Positions 45,672-55,844 of a DNA stretch of 64,000 nucleotides are shown piece by piece. The stretch's first letter is position 1, and each line of letters begins with the position of its first letter. A model generated the notes under the pieces. The model was not told the origin of the DNA. It was given only the letters and a program-made list of their open reading frames with translations, and searched no databases. Both the position numbers and the translations under genes were made by a program. This DNA comes from Gaiellaceae bacterium (GTDB lineage: Bacteria; Actinomycetota; Thermoleophilia; Gaiellales; Gaiellaceae), in assembly GCA_035698665.1 (NCBI GenBank), contig DASSBN010000013.1, forward strand, positions 15,290-79,289, read 5' to 3'.

Positions 45672-46248
45672 GAACCTCTATCTCGTCACTCCGCTTCGCG
45701 CGGACTTCGCCGACTACCTGCGGGCGGCGATCGAGGGCGGCGTCGACGTCGTGCAGGTTCGCGACCGCTCGGCTCCGGACGCCCGGCTGCTCGAGATGCT
45801 TCAGGTCGCTCGGGCAATCACGGGCGCCTACCGCGTTCCGCTCGGCGTGAACGACCGGCCGGACCTCGCCGTTCTCGCGGACGCGGACTTCGTGCACGTC
45901 GGCCAGGAAGACATCCCGGTGAACGCCGCGAGAAGCTTCGGCCTCCCCGTCGGGCTCTCGACGCACGCGCCGGGCGAGATCGACGACGCGGCCTCGGACT
46001 ACATCGCCGTCGGCCCCGTGTACGCGACGCCGACGAAGGAGGGCCGCCCGGCAGTCGGCCTCGAGCTCGTCCGCTACGCCGCGGCGAACGCGAAGCTGCC
46101 GTGGTTCGCCATCGGCGGGATCGACTCGTCGAACGTCGGCGCGGTGGTCGAAGCCGGCGCGAGCCGTGTTGCGGTCGTGCGCGCCATCTTCGAGGCGGAC
46201 GACCCCGAGCGGGCTGCCCGCGAGCTCCGCGACGCGCTGCCTACGTGA
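45658..46248 (+). CDS. thiE: thiamine-phosphate synthase
   Basis: [45 protein letters not shown]. The TTG start at 45658 is inferred. Confidence 0.85.
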   Translation: MLADKNLYLVTPLRADFADYLRAAIEGGVDVVQVRDRSAPDARLLEMLQVARAITGAYRVPLGVNDRPDLAVLADADFVHVGQEDIPVNAARSFGLPVGLSTHAPGEIDDAASDYIAVGPVYATPTKEGRPAVGLELVRYAAANAKLPWFAIGGIDSSNVGAVVEAGASRVAVVRAIFEADDPERAARELRDALPT

Positions 46249-46864
46249 CGGGGTGAAAGTCGCCGAAGCGGTGTGCCACGGCGACGGCCTGCGCTCTGCT
46301 GTGCACCTCGAGCTTGGACATGATGCGCTGAAGGTGCGTCCCGACGGTCTTGGGGCTGATGACGAGCGCCGCCGCGATCTCGTTCTGTGCGAGGCCGTCA
46401 GCCAGCATCTGCAGGACCTGTTGCTCGCGGGGGGTGAGCTTGTCCTGCACCGGGTTTGGGCCGGTTGCGGTGAGCAACGCGCCGGATCGGAGCGCGACGC
46501 GACGGATGTGCGCGAGCAGTTCGTCGGCCTCGATCGGCTTGGCGAGGTAGTCGTCGGCGCCTACGAGGAGCCCGGCGACGCGGTCGAGGTCGTCCGTCTT
46601 CACCCCTGAGATGACCACGATGGGAAGAGCTTCTCCGTAGAGGTCGCGGAAGCGGCGGCAGACCTCGTGGCCGCTGATGTCGGGAAGCTTCAGATCCAGG
46701 ATGACGAGGCTGGGTCGCGCCCGCCGTGCCACGAGGGTCGCTTCGCGTCCTGACCCGGCCTCGCTGGTGGCGTAGCCTGCCCCACTCAGGGTCTCGACGA
46801 GGAACGCCCGAAAGGCAGGATCGTCATCGACGACGAGGACGCCTCCGCCGTTTGGCCCGCTCAT
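46241..46864 (-). CDS. NarL/FixJ-family (LuxR HTH) response regulator, orphan
   Basis: Receiver domain ([21 protein letters not shown]) plus a LuxR HTH ([43 protein letters not shown]). Confidence 0.9.
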   Translation of the reverse strand: MSGPNGGGVLVVDDDPAFRAFLVETLSGAGYATSEAGSGREATLVARRARPSLVILDLKLPDISGHEVCRRFRDLYGEALPIVVISGVKTDDLDRVAGLLVGADDYLAKPIEADELLAHIRRVALRSGALLTATGPNPVQDKLTPREQQVLQMLADGLAQNEIAAALVISPKTVGTHLQRIMSKLEVHSRAQAVAVAHRFGDFHPVT

Positions 46865-47220
46865 ACTCTTCCTCTCCGCAGTTTCGGCCTCGATCTTCTT
46901 CCTTTTCGAGCCCGATGTCTACTACCAGACGTACGGCGTTCCGTGGTTCTTCCTATCGCGATTCCCGTAGGGCGCGAATGCGGCGAACGCCGTCTTTTCG
47001 CCCTGTCCTCGCCGTCATAGCCTGATCCCGGAGAGATGTCCCCGCGTTTCGACGCGGGCTGCGGACGAGGGAGGAGCGGGTTGCGTTACCGGGTCACCCA
47101 AGGACGGCTTCTTGCCTACGCGCCGACGAGGCGCGGCCTTCGTTCGTTTCGTCCGAGAGGAGGTGACGGCGCGGACAAGACGGAAGGCGCATTTCTGCGG
47201 CAATTCAACTAGGAGGCAAG

Positions 47221-49227
47221 ATGCCCCTCTTCGAATTCAAGCGCCGCTCGACACGGCGGCGCTGGTACGTCATCACATCGACAGTCGCGCTTGCTTCGCT
47301 GTTTCTCTTCGTGATCGGCGCGTCCGCTCTCGGTGACAGCAAGTTCGAGATCGACACCAACGCAAACCTGGTCGTGAACACTGCTGGGAACCTCGACTGG
47401 GCTACCGTCAGCGAGTCGAGGCAAGCCGATCTTGCCTCGGGCACCGGCGACAACTCCTTCGGCCAAGGTACGAAGGAAGACAGCCCGGTCCCGAGCGTTG
47501 TCAGCGGCAGCATCCCGCCGAACAAGAGCGACCTGACCACATTCGGCGTGTACCTCGAGACAACCACGAGCGGCGCGAGGTTCCTGAACCTCTTCTGGCA
47601 CCGCGTTCAGGACCCGACCGGCACGACGAACATGGACTTCGAGTTCAACCAGTCCAGCGTGAAGTCGGCCAACAACATCACGCCTGTCCGCACCGCCGGC
47701 GACCTGCTGATCCAGTACGACCTCGCAAATGGCGGCACGGTGCCAGAGCTGTTCCTGTCCCGCTGGGTCGCTTCTGGGGCGGGGTCGCAGTGCGAGGCGT
47801 CCAACGCCACACCCTGCTGGGGAACGAGGGAGAGCCTCACAGCCGCCGGTGATGCGACCGGGTCGATCAACACGACAGCGATCACGGCCGGCAACGCAGA
47901 CGGCCTGGGCAGCATCTCGGCCCGGACCTTCGGCGAGGCACAGATCGACTTCGACGCTCTCACGGGCGGAAGCGGGACGTGCACGTCGTTCGGCAGCGCG
48001 TACCTGAAGAGCCGCTCGTCCGACTCCTTCTCGGCGGCGCTGAAGGACTTCATCGCTCCCGTTCCCACGAATCTCAGCAACTGTGGATCGGTGACGATCC
48101 GGAAGGAGACGAGCCCGGACGAAGATCCGAACACGACCGACTTCGGGTTCACGAAGGCGTTCAGCACGTCGCCTTCGTCGGCAAACACCTTCACGCTGAA
48201 AGACGACGGCGTGAAGTCCTACACCAACGTCCTCTTCGGCACGAACTACACGGTCGACGAGGACGTCATTCCGTCCGGTTGGGATCTCCAGAGCATCAAC
48301 TGCAACGTGGCCGGACATCCGAGCTCGGGCGTCACGCCCACGATCGATCTGGCCGCGGGCACAGTGACCTTCAACATCGACAGCGCCTCCGACGTGCTCG
48401 ATTGCACGTATACGAACCGGGCACGCGGAACGATCGTCATCGAGAAGGTGACCGATGACGGAAGCGGCTCGTTCGACTTCACGTCGGGCACGCTGTCTCC
48501 GTCCCCGTTCACGCTCACGACCACCGCAGCAGGCTCGGGTGGGAAGGACGCCCGGACGTTCAGCAACCTGTCGCCTGGGACGTACGACGTGGCCGAGACC
48601 GTCCCGGCTGGCTGGAACCTTGTCGCAGGTACCACCTGTAGCGACGGGAGCAGCCCGGCTTCGATCGGTCTGAGTGCCGGCGAGACCGTCACTTGCACCT
48701 TCCACGACACCCGTGAGACCGGAGCGATCCTGATCACGAAGACGCGGAAGCATGCAGCCTCCGGATCTGGTGATCATCCACAGTCCGGCGTCACGTTCAC
48801 CGTCACGGGCGGCGAGCTGGACGCAGACGGGATCGACGTGGTGACGGACTCGAATGGTGAGGCGTGTGTCGACGGTCTCGTCCTTTCGAGCTTCGCCGGG
48901 GTCGGCGACTACACGGTGACCGAGACCGTCCCGTCGGGCTACAGCGCCGACGACGGGCCTGCCACCGTGACCGTCAACAACGAAGCGACCTGTGACGACG
49001 ACCCGTACGTTGGAGAGACGGCGGACTTCCACAACACGCCGCTGACCAACATCACGGTCTCGGTCGATTCGCAGGTGAACGGCGGAACCGCGTCGACGAT
49101 CATCTGCAAGGACGCAGCGGACAACACCGAGGCGTCCGGATCGACCGGAACGAACGGTGACGGCTCGGCGACGGCGAGCAACCTGCCGCCCGACACGTAC
49201 ACCTGCACGATCGTCGTAGACCCCTAG
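47221..49227 (+). CDS. secreted multi-domain protein with SpaA/CnaB-like (prealbumin-fold) repeats
   Basis: AGGAGG ribosome-binding site and an N-terminal TM/signal sequence (WYVITSTVALASLFLFVIGASALG). Repeats follow of the type GxxxIxKxT...FxF...PGxYxVxETVPxGW. There is no LPXTG motif. GC content is lower than the surroundings. Confidence 0.8.
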   Translation: MPLFEFKRRSTRRRWYVITSTVALASLFLFVIGASALGDSKFEIDTNANLVVNTAGNLDWATVSESRQADLASGTGDNSFGQGTKEDSPVPSVVSGSIPPNKSDLTTFGVYLETTTSGARFLNLFWHRVQDPTGTTNMDFEFNQSSVKSANNITPVRTAGDLLIQYDLANGGTVPELFLSRWVASGAGSQCEASNATPCWGTRESLTAAGDATGSINTTAITAGNADGLGSISARTFGEAQIDFDALTGGSGTCTSFGSAYLKSRSSDSFSAALKDFIAPVPTNLSNCGSVTIRKETSPDEDPNTTDFGFTKAFSTSPSSANTFTLKDDGVKSYTNVLFGTNYTVDEDVIPSGWDLQSINCNVAGHPSSGVTPTIDLAAGTVTFNIDSASDVLDCTYTNRARGTIVIEKVTDDGSGSFDFTSGTLSPSPFTLTTTAAGSGGKDARTFSNLSPGTYDVAETVPAGWNLVAGTTCSDGSSPASIGLSAGETVTCTFHDTRETGAILITKTRKHAASGSGDHPQSGVTFTVTGGELDADGIDVVTDSNGEACVDGLVLSSFAGVGDYTVTETVPSGYSADDGPATVTVNNEATCDDDPYVGETADFHNTPLTNITVSVDSQVNGGTASTIICKDAADNTEASGSTGTNGDGSATASNLPPDTYTCTIVVDP

Positions 49228-49250
49228 AGGAGGCTTCCTTCTCCTCATGC

Positions 49251-49292
49251 AGAGAGGCCCGGGTGATCCGGGCCTCTCTCTTTTCTTTCTCT
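49251..49292 (+). terminator. Rho-independent terminator
   Basis: AGAGAGGCCCGG-GTGAT-CCGGGCCTCTCT is a perfect 12-bp stem, followed by CTTTTCTTTCTCT. Confidence 0.8.
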
Positions 49293-49302
49293 GTTCAGCC
49301 GC

Positions 49303-49653
49303 CTACGCCGAGCACTGCGCGTAGACGTAGTACTTGCTGCCGTTGTTGCCCCAGGTGACGCTGGTGAACTTGTACGTCGTCGGTCCACTGCGATCCGGGA
49401 CGTCCACGCTCCACGTCCCCTCGCTGTAGCCGAGTACTCGGTTCCAGCCACCGTTGGCGTCGTCGACGATCAGGTTCAGGAGCACCCCAGTGGGGAGTCC
49501 GGTTGCGGAAACGACGTTTCCGTCAACGGAGCACCCGCCGGCGACGCTCGCAGATCCAGCGCCGTGAGGACGCGTCCCAGCGGACGCGAGAGGCAATACG
49601 ACGGCAAGGCTGAATGCAACTGCGGCAAGCAGTGCGATCGTCTTGCGGCCCAT
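49303..49653 (-). CDS. small secreted hypothetical protein
   Basis: Signal peptide MGRKTIALLAAVAFSLAVVLPLASA. 116 aa with Cys residues near both ends of the mature part. Confidence 0.65.
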   Translation of the reverse strand: MGRKTIALLAAVAFSLAVVLPLASAGTRPHGAGSASVAGGCSVDGNVVSATGLPTGVLLNLIVDDANGGWNRVLGYSEGTWSVDVPDRSGPTTYKFTSVTWGNNGSKYYVYAQCSA

Positions 49654-49750
49654 TTAAGTCCCTCCGTGCGGCTCGAAGTGACCCCGGGCGCGCTATCGGC
49701 ACCGCGGCGAGCACGATTGACCTCCCCATGACCCGTTCGAGGTACCCCGC

Positions 49751-50263
49751 TCAGCAGAAGACGGCGAGGTAAAACGGCATGTCTGCGTCCATCGCGGGCG
49801 AGAAGAGGAACGTCTGGACGAAGACCGCGTTGGCGTTACCGTCTCTTGGCGCGACGCTGACCTCGCCTTCGTTGGCCGAATCGCCGTAGTCGATGGTCGC
49901 CACATACGCGCATTCGCTCACGTTGCGTCCGAAGTTCACCGAATACTGGCCGTCGACACCGAGCGAGCTCGACGTCACGCCGCCGCTCGACCGGGCGAGA
50001 GTCCCGTCCGCGTTCACGTGCGCCCAGGCGGCTTTGGCCTTCGGGGCAAGATCAGCGGACTGAATCGACTTGTCCTTCACGACACGACTGTCGACCGCGC
50101 CCGACGCCATGTCGCGGTTCTGGATCGTCTTGTCCTTGATTCCCGCGGAGGTGACGAGCGTTGTCGCGACCGCGGAGCCGAGCCCGGCAACGAGCAGCGC
50201 ACCGATCACGGCGAGCATGACGAAGACCCGCTTCATCCCTCGACGATGCGCCTTTGGGCCCAC
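49751..50263 (-). CDS. small secreted hypothetical protein
   Basis: Signal/TM sequence MKRVFVMLAVIGALLVAGLGSAVA, with a possible start at 50236. Contains the internal duplicated motif (I/V)KDK(T/S)IQxxD(M/L)A. Confidence 0.6.
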   Translation of the reverse strand: MGPKAHRRGMKRVFVMLAVIGALLVAGLGSAVATTLVTSAGIKDKTIQNRDMASGAVDSRVVKDKSIQSADLAPKAKAAWAHVNADGTLARSSGGVTSSSLGVDGQYSVNFGRNVSECAYVATIDYGDSANEGEVSVAPRDGNANAVFVQTFLFSPAMDADMPFYLAVFC

Positions 50264-50314
50264 GACCTCCAGCAGCGGAAGGCGGGGTCGTCCCAGACTT
50301 AGAGCTAGATCGCG

Positions 50315-51202
50315 CTAGTCGCCGAACAGAAGGATCTTGGCGGCGACGATGGACTCCGCCAGCGCGCGCTGTGATTCCCACCCCGGCGTGAAGGTCGTCG
50401 TCGTGATCCGTGCGGTGTCGCCGGCGTGCGCGCTCGAGAGATCGGTGGCGGTGAACGAGCCCGCGTTCTTTCGCTGAACGGTGGCTTCGGCCGGGACGGC
50501 GAGCGTGACGGTGCGGCTGTTCGTGTACTTGAGGCTGAGCGGCGCGACCGAGACGCGCTTCGTCTTGACCGTGATCGTCGAGTCCGTCCTCGAGATGACC
50601 TTCGAGCCCCTGAGCGTGAGCGTCACGTCGCCGAGGTCGGGCCGAGGCTTCGGAAAGAGGAGGTGCTTGGCCTTGTTCAGGTACTGGAAGGGATCGATCG
50701 GGCGGCCGCTCGGCCTGTGCACCTCGAAGTGGAGGTGGGGCTGGATCCCGTTTGCGTCGCCCGAGTCGCCGACGAAGCCGACGAGCTCGCCTCGGCGGAC
50801 TTGGTCGTGGTACCGGAGCCCCGGCGCGTAGGCCTTGCTGCAGCCGGCGTCGTTGTCGTTGTTCGGCCCCTCGTCGTTGTTCAGGTGGATGTACCAGTAG
50901 ACCATCCCGCTCCTGCCGTGCAGGACGAGCATGCAGCTCGGCACCGCTCCGCTCGGGTGTGACCATTTCTCGATCCAGCCCGTCTCGAAGGCGACTGCAG
51001 GCTGGTGGCGGACGGACATGATGTCGTTGCCCTCGTGCCAGCCGCCGGGCCTCGCATCGTGCCAGTCGTCGATGTAGGAGACGTTCCCGACCACCGGGAA
51101 GGCGGTCTTGTCCGGCACCCGTGCGGCGTGCGCGGTCTGCGTGAAGACCCCAACTGCGAGTAGGAGAAGAAGTCCTCGGGCTGTCGTCCGGTGGCTGGCC
51201 AT
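50315..51202 (-). CDS. M23-family metallopeptidase, secreted
   Basis: Signal peptide, HEGNDIM (HxxxD motif) and GIQPHLHFEV (HxH motif). Confidence 0.85.
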   Translation of the reverse strand: MASHRTTARGLLLLLAVGVFTQTAHAARVPDKTAFPVVGNVSYIDDWHDARPGGWHEGNDIMSVRHQPAVAFETGWIEKWSHPSGAVPSCMLVLHGRSGMVYWYIHLNNDEGPNNDNDAGCSKAYAPGLRYHDQVRRGELVGFVGDSGDANGIQPHLHFEVHRPSGRPIDPFQYLNKAKHLLFPKPRPDLGDVTLTLRGSKVISRTDSTITVKTKRVSVAPLSLKYTNSRTVTLAVPAEATVQRKNAGSFTATDLSSAHAGDTARITTTTFTPGWESQRALAESIVAAKILLFGD

Positions 51203-51288
51203 AGGCTCCGGTTCGCGTCCGAAGTCGCGGACGGTAACAGACCCTTCGGCAGGCGGTCGTCCGATCTTGAGCGGATAGGATCGCCGCC

Positions 51289-52071
51289 GTGAAAGTTGCG
51301 GTTTGTGTCAAGGAGGTGCCAGACCCCTCCGCTCCCAAGCGCCTCGATTCCCAGACCTTCCGGCTCGACCGCAGCGTCGCCGGCGCGCTGAACGAGTTCG
51401 ACACGCACGCGATCGAGGAGGGCCTGCAGCTCAAGGACAAGGGGGGAGAGGGCGAGGTCGTCGCCGTCCTCATGGGGCCCGAGCGCGCGGCCGATTCGCT
51501 CCGCAAGGCGCTCGCGATCGGCGCAGACCGCGCCGTGCACGTGTCCGACGAGGGGCTCGCCGGCTCGGATCTCGTCGCCACGAGCAAGGCGCTCGCCAAG
51601 GCGCTCGAGCGCGAAGGAGCAGACATCGTCCTCTTCGGCCAGCAGGCGGGAGATTCGGACGGCGCCGTGCTCTGGGCGGCCGTCGCCGACAGGCTCGAGC
51701 TGCCGGTGATCTCCCAGGCGGCGAGCCTGGAGGCCGGTGATGGGACGGTGAAGGTGAAGCGCCAGACCGAGTACGGCTACGACGTCATCGAAGCGCCTAT
51801 CCCGTGCGTCGTCGCCGTCTCCGATGCGATCAACGAGCCGCGCTACCCGTCCCTCAAGGGCATCATGGGCGCGAAGAAGAAGCCGCAGGAGACGGTCTCA
51901 CTCGCCGACCTCGGCCTCGGCGCCGACGACGCGGGTGAGTCCGGCTCGCGCACCGAGGTCTACGGCCTGTCCGACCCGCCCTCGCGCGGCGACAGCGAGC
52001 GGATCGAGGACGACGGCCCCGCCGCCGCCGAGAAGATCGTCGAGTACCTCTCGTCCCACAAATTGATCTGA
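51289..52071 (+). CDS. etfB: electron transfer flavoprotein beta subunit
   Basis: MKVAVCVKEVPD..VLFGQQAGDSD.. Confidence 0.95.
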   Translation: MKVAVCVKEVPDPSAPKRLDSQTFRLDRSVAGALNEFDTHAIEEGLQLKDKGGEGEVVAVLMGPERAADSLRKALAIGADRAVHVSDEGLAGSDLVATSKALAKALEREGADIVLFGQQAGDSDGAVLWAAVADRLELPVISQAASLEAGDGTVKVKRQTEYGYDVIEAPIPCVVAVSDAINEPRYPSLKGIMGAKKKPQETVSLADLGLGADDAGESGSRTEVYGLSDPPSRGDSERIEDDGPAAAEKIVEYLSSHKLI

Positions 52072-53033
52072 TGGCCACTCTCGTCTACGTCGAGCACCAC
52101 GAGGGCGAGCCGGTGAAGGGCTCGCTGGGCGTGCTCGGCAAGGCTGCGGAACTCGGAGACGACGTGGCGGCGGTCCTTCTCGGCTCCGGCGTCGAGAGCA
52201 TGGCCGAGACGGTCGGCCGGCACGGCGCATCCCGGGTTCTCGTCGCCGACGATGCGGCCCTCGAGGCGCCGCTCCCGCAGCCGCGGGTCGACGTCCTCGC
52301 GAAGCTCGTCGAGTCGGAGGGTTTCGACAACGTCATCTTCGGCGCATCGGTGCTTGCGGCCGACGTCGCCGCGGGCCTTGCGGCCCGCCTGGATGCCGGG
52401 CTCAACTGGGATCTCGTCGACCTCGAGCTCAAGGACGGCAAGCTCGTCGGCAAGCGGCCGGCGCTCGGCGACTCCGTGATCGCGGAGGTCGGCTGGAAGA
52501 GCGAGCCGCGCCTCGCACTCATCCGTTCGGGAACCTTCGAGCCGTCGGAGTCCGGCGGCAGCGCGGAGGTGACGAAGATCCCGGTCGAGATCCAGGAGTT
52601 CTCCAAGCAGGCGGTCATGGTCGAGCAGGCGCACGAGGAGAGCCAGGGCCCGTCGATCGAGGACGCCGACGTGATCGTGGCCGGCGGCCGCGGGCTCGGC
52701 CAGGCGGAGAACTTCTCCCTCGTCGAGGACCTCGCCAAGGCGCTCGGCGGTGCCGTCGCTGCGACCCGCGCCGTCGTCGACGCGGGCTGGTACCCCTACG
52801 CGACCCAGGTCGGCCAGACTGGGAAGACCGTCTCCCCGAAGCTCTACATCGCCTGCGGGATCTCGGGCGCGATCCAGCACAAGGTCGGGATGCAGGGGTC
52901 CGGCACGATCGTGGCCATCAACAAGGACCCGAACGCGCCCATCTTCGAGTACTCGGATCTCGCGGTCGTCGGCGACGTCCATGAGATCGTCCCGAAGCTG
53001 ACCCAGCTCGTGAAGGAGAGGAGAGGCTCGTGA
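52071..53033 (+). CDS. etfA: electron transfer flavoprotein alpha subunit
   Basis: VVAGGRGLG..RAVVDAGW..QVGQTGKTVSPKLYIACGISGAIQH. TGATG overlap with etfB. Confidence 0.95.
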   Translation: MATLVYVEHHEGEPVKGSLGVLGKAAELGDDVAAVLLGSGVESMAETVGRHGASRVLVADDAALEAPLPQPRVDVLAKLVESEGFDNVIFGASVLAADVAAGLAARLDAGLNWDLVDLELKDGKLVGKRPALGDSVIAEVGWKSEPRLALIRSGTFEPSESGGSAEVTKIPVEIQEFSKQAVMVEQAHEESQGPSIEDADVIVAGGRGLGQAENFSLVEDLAKALGGAVAATRAVVDAGWYPYATQVGQTGKTVSPKLYIACGISGAIQHKVGMQGSGTIVAINKDPNAPIFEYSDLAVVGDVHEIVPKLTQLVKERRGS

Positions 53034-54724
53034 GCGTCCGCCCCGCCGACTTCCCGCCTCCGTTCGATCCGGCCGAGTTCGTCGCCGAGCCCTCCGACCC
53101 GCCGGACGAGCGGATCGAGGTCGGCGTCCTCATCGTCGGCGGCGGGCCTGCGGGCCTGTCGGCTGCGATTCGGCTGAACCAGCTCCTCGAGGAGAACCCG
53201 GACATGCGCGAGCGCCTCGGCGAGATCCCCGTCGCCGTCGTCGAAAAGAGCAGGACGCCCGGCGCGCACCTCCTCTCGGGCGCGGTCGTGAACCCGAGGG
53301 CGTTCCGCCAGCTCTTCCCCGGGATGCACAGCGAGGACATGCCGTTTCGCTCGCGCGTGGAGCGCGAGGGGCTCTACTACCTGACCTCGAAGCGCGCGGT
53401 GCGCCTTCCCGCCCCTCCGACGATGTGGAATCACGGCAACTTCGTGGCGTCCATCTCGGAGATCGGCGCCTGGCTCGGCGAACGCGCGGAGGAAGGAGGG
53501 GCGACGCTCGTTCCCGAGACCGCGGCCCGCAAGCTCCTCGTCTCCGGTGGGCGCGTCGTCGGCATCCGCACCGGCGACCGCGGACGCGGGAAGAGCGGGG
53601 AGGAGCTGCCCAACTTCGAGCCCGGGTCCGACATCACGGCGCGCGTCACGATCCTCGCCGAGGGCACACAGGGACACCTCACCGGCGTCGCGCTCGACCG
53701 TTTCGGCCTTCAGTCGCGGCCGCAGGTGTGGGCGCTCGGCGTCAAGGAGGTCTGGGAGGTTCCCCGTCCGCTCGACCGCGTCATCCACACAATGGGCTGG
53801 CCGCTCCGGGGTGCGAAGAAGTTCCGGGAATTCGGCGGCAGCTTCATCTACCCGCTGGGCGAGGAGCACGTGGCGCTCGGGATGGTCGTCGGCCTCGACT
53901 ACACGGACGCGACGCTCTCGGTCCACGACCTTCTCCAGGAGCTCAAGCTCCACCGGTTCGTGCGCGCGATCCTCGACGGGGGCAAACGCGTCGCGTGGGG
54001 TGCGAAGACGATCCCGGAGGGCGGCTTCCTCGCGCTTCCCGACCGCTTCAACTTCCCGGGCGGGATGATCGCGGGCGACGGCGCCGGCCTGGTCAACGTG
54101 CCCGCGCTCAAGGGCATCCACTACGCCATGCGCTCGGGGATGCTCGCCGCGGAGAGCGCTCTCGAGGCGCTCGCGCCCGGCCGGACCGCCTGGGAGCCCG
54201 GCGCCCTCGAGTCCTACGATCAGGCGCTCAAGGAAAGCTACGTCTGGAAGGACCTCGAGCGCGTGCGCAACATGCGCCCGGCGTTCCATCACGGCTTCAC
54301 GCGCGGCGCGATGCTGGCCGGCGTGGCGCTGAACACACTCGGAAAGCTCCCGCGCAAGGACCTGAAGCTCGAGGCCGATGCGCAGGTCCCGGTCTTCGTC
54401 GGCGACCACCCTGCGCCGGCACCGGACGGCCAGGTCACCTTCGACAAGCTCTCCAGTGTCTATCTCTCCGGGAACAAAACGCGCGACGATGCGCCGAGCC
54501 ACCTCAGGGTCGACCGCAAGGTCCGGCGCGAAGTGGCCGAGACGTGGGTACACATGTGCCCCGCGCAGGTCTACGAGCTCGGCGGCGCCGCGTCGCCGGC
54601 CGGCAACGTCGTGGACGTCGAGGTGACGGCCTCGAACTGCGTCCAGTGCGGCGCGATCACCGCCAAGGGCGGCCGGCTCACTCCGCCGGAGGGCGGGGAT
54701 GGGCCCGAGTACCGGTTGATGTGA
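53030..54724 (+). CDS. electron-transfer-flavoprotein:quinone oxidoreductase (ETF-QO)
   Basis: FAD motif VLIVGGGPAGLSAA. C-terminal 4Fe-4S segment CPAQVYE...NCVQCGAI. Confidence 0.9.
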   Translation: MSVRPADFPPPFDPAEFVAEPSDPPDERIEVGVLIVGGGPAGLSAAIRLNQLLEENPDMRERLGEIPVAVVEKSRTPGAHLLSGAVVNPRAFRQLFPGMHSEDMPFRSRVEREGLYYLTSKRAVRLPAPPTMWNHGNFVASISEIGAWLGERAEEGGATLVPETAARKLLVSGGRVVGIRTGDRGRGKSGEELPNFEPGSDITARVTILAEGTQGHLTGVALDRFGLQSRPQVWALGVKEVWEVPRPLDRVIHTMGWPLRGAKKFREFGGSFIYPLGEEHVALGMVVGLDYTDATLSVHDLLQELKLHRFVRAILDGGKRVAWGAKTIPEGGFLALPDRFNFPGGMIAGDGAGLVNVPALKGIHYAMRSGMLAAESALEALAPGRTAWEPGALESYDQALKESYVWKDLERVRNMRPAFHHGFTRGAMLAGVALNTLGKLPRKDLKLEADAQVPVFVGDHPAPAPDGQVTFDKLSSVYLSGNKTRDDAPSHLRVDRKVRREVAETWVHMCPAQVYELGGAASPAGNVVDVEVTASNCVQCGAITAKGGRLTPPEGGDGPEYRLM

Positions 54725-55629
54725 CGACCCTCCTGCGAACGCCGCTCCTCCGGTCGACGACCCTGGGAGACGCGTTTGGCGGCACCGCCCTGCTCAAGGC
54801 AGAGCTCTTCCAGAAGACCGGCTCGTTCAAGCCGCGTGGGATCCTCGCCAAGCTCGCGACGCTCTCCCCGGACGAGCGGCAGCGCGGTGTCATCACGGTC
54901 TCGGCCGGCAACGCGGCGGGCGCCGTGGCCTATGGCTCGGCGCTCGAGCAGATCGACTGCCTCGTCGTGATGTGGCAAGGGACGAGCGACCTGAAGGCCG
55001 CGGCCGCGCGCGCCTACGGCGCGACGGTGGACCGCGAGGCGGCGGACCCCACCGACGCGTTCGCCCGCCTCGAGGAGCTGCGGGCCGCGAGCGGGCGCGC
55101 GTTCGTCCATCCCTACGACGACCCGGTCGTGATCGAGGGGCACTCGAGCCTCGGCCGCGAGATCGTCGAGGACGCTCCCGAGACCGACGTGATCGTCACC
55201 GGTGTGGGTGGCGGCGGGCTGGTGTCCGGCCTTGCCCTCGGCGCGCCGAACGCTCGGGTCGTCGGCGTCGAGCCGGAGGGATCCGCCGCGCTGCACGAAG
55301 GGCTCGCAGCGGGCAAGCCGGTTTCCGTTCGTCCGGATTCGATCGCCGACGCCTTGAACGCGCCTGTCGTGGGAGAGCACTGCCTCGCCGTGTGCCTCGA
55401 GCGCGGCGTCGAGTCGGTGCTCGTCTCCGAGGACGACATCCGCGCCGGCTTTCGGTTTCTCTACGAGCGCGCGAAGCTCGCGGCGGAGCCCGGCGCCGCG
55501 GCCGGAGTCGGAGCTCTGCTCGCGGGCAAAGTGCCCGAGGTCGAGGGCAAGACCGTGGCCGTTGTCGTCTCAGGGGGCAACGTGGCGCCCAAAACCGCTG
55601 CTGCTATCCTGAGTTCAAATGAAGCCTGA
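54721..55629 (+). CDS. PLP-dependent threonine/serine dehydratase family protein
   Basis: [16 protein letters not shown] (PLP lysine), [11 protein letters not shown] and [13 protein letters not shown] start overlapping the ETF-QO stop (GTGA). Confidence 0.8.
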   Translation: MTTLLRTPLLRSTTLGDAFGGTALLKAELFQKTGSFKPRGILAKLATLSPDERQRGVITVSAGNAAGAVAYGSALEQIDCLVVMWQGTSDLKAAAARAYGATVDREAADPTDAFARLEELRAASGRAFVHPYDDPVVIEGHSSLGREIVEDAPETDVIVTGVGGGGLVSGLALGAPNARVVGVEPEGSAALHEGLAAGKPVSVRPDSIADALNAPVVGEHCLAVCLERGVESVLVSEDDIRAGFRFLYERAKLAAEPGAAAGVGALLAGKVPEVEGKTVAVVVSGGNVAPKTAAAILSSNEA

Positions 55630-55828
55630 CATCCATCCCGAATACGTTCTCGCCACCGTGCATTGCTCGTGCGGGAACGAGTTTCAGACCCGTTCGACCA
55701 AGCCGGAGCTGCACGTGGAGATCTGCTCCGAGTGCCATCCGTTCTACACCGGCAAGCAGAAGCTCATGGACACCGGCGGTCGCGTCGAGCGCTTCCAGCG
55801 GCGCCTCGAGAAGGCCGGCAGGGCCTAG
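55619..55828 (+). CDS. rpmE: 50S ribosomal protein L31 (type A, Zn-binding)
   Basis: [27 protein letters not shown]. Confidence 0.95.
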   Translation: MKPDIHPEYVLATVHCSCGNEFQTRSTKPELHVEICSECHPFYTGKQKLMDTGGRVERFQRRLEKAGRA

Positions 55829-55844
55829 CAGCGAAAAGAACCGC

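Noticed and set aside
47209-49248. 679-aa minus-strand ORF
   Set aside because: It is antisense to the SpaA-like gene, which has a ribosome-binding site, a signal peptide and a terminator. The translation is Arg/Val/Gly-rich and motif-free.
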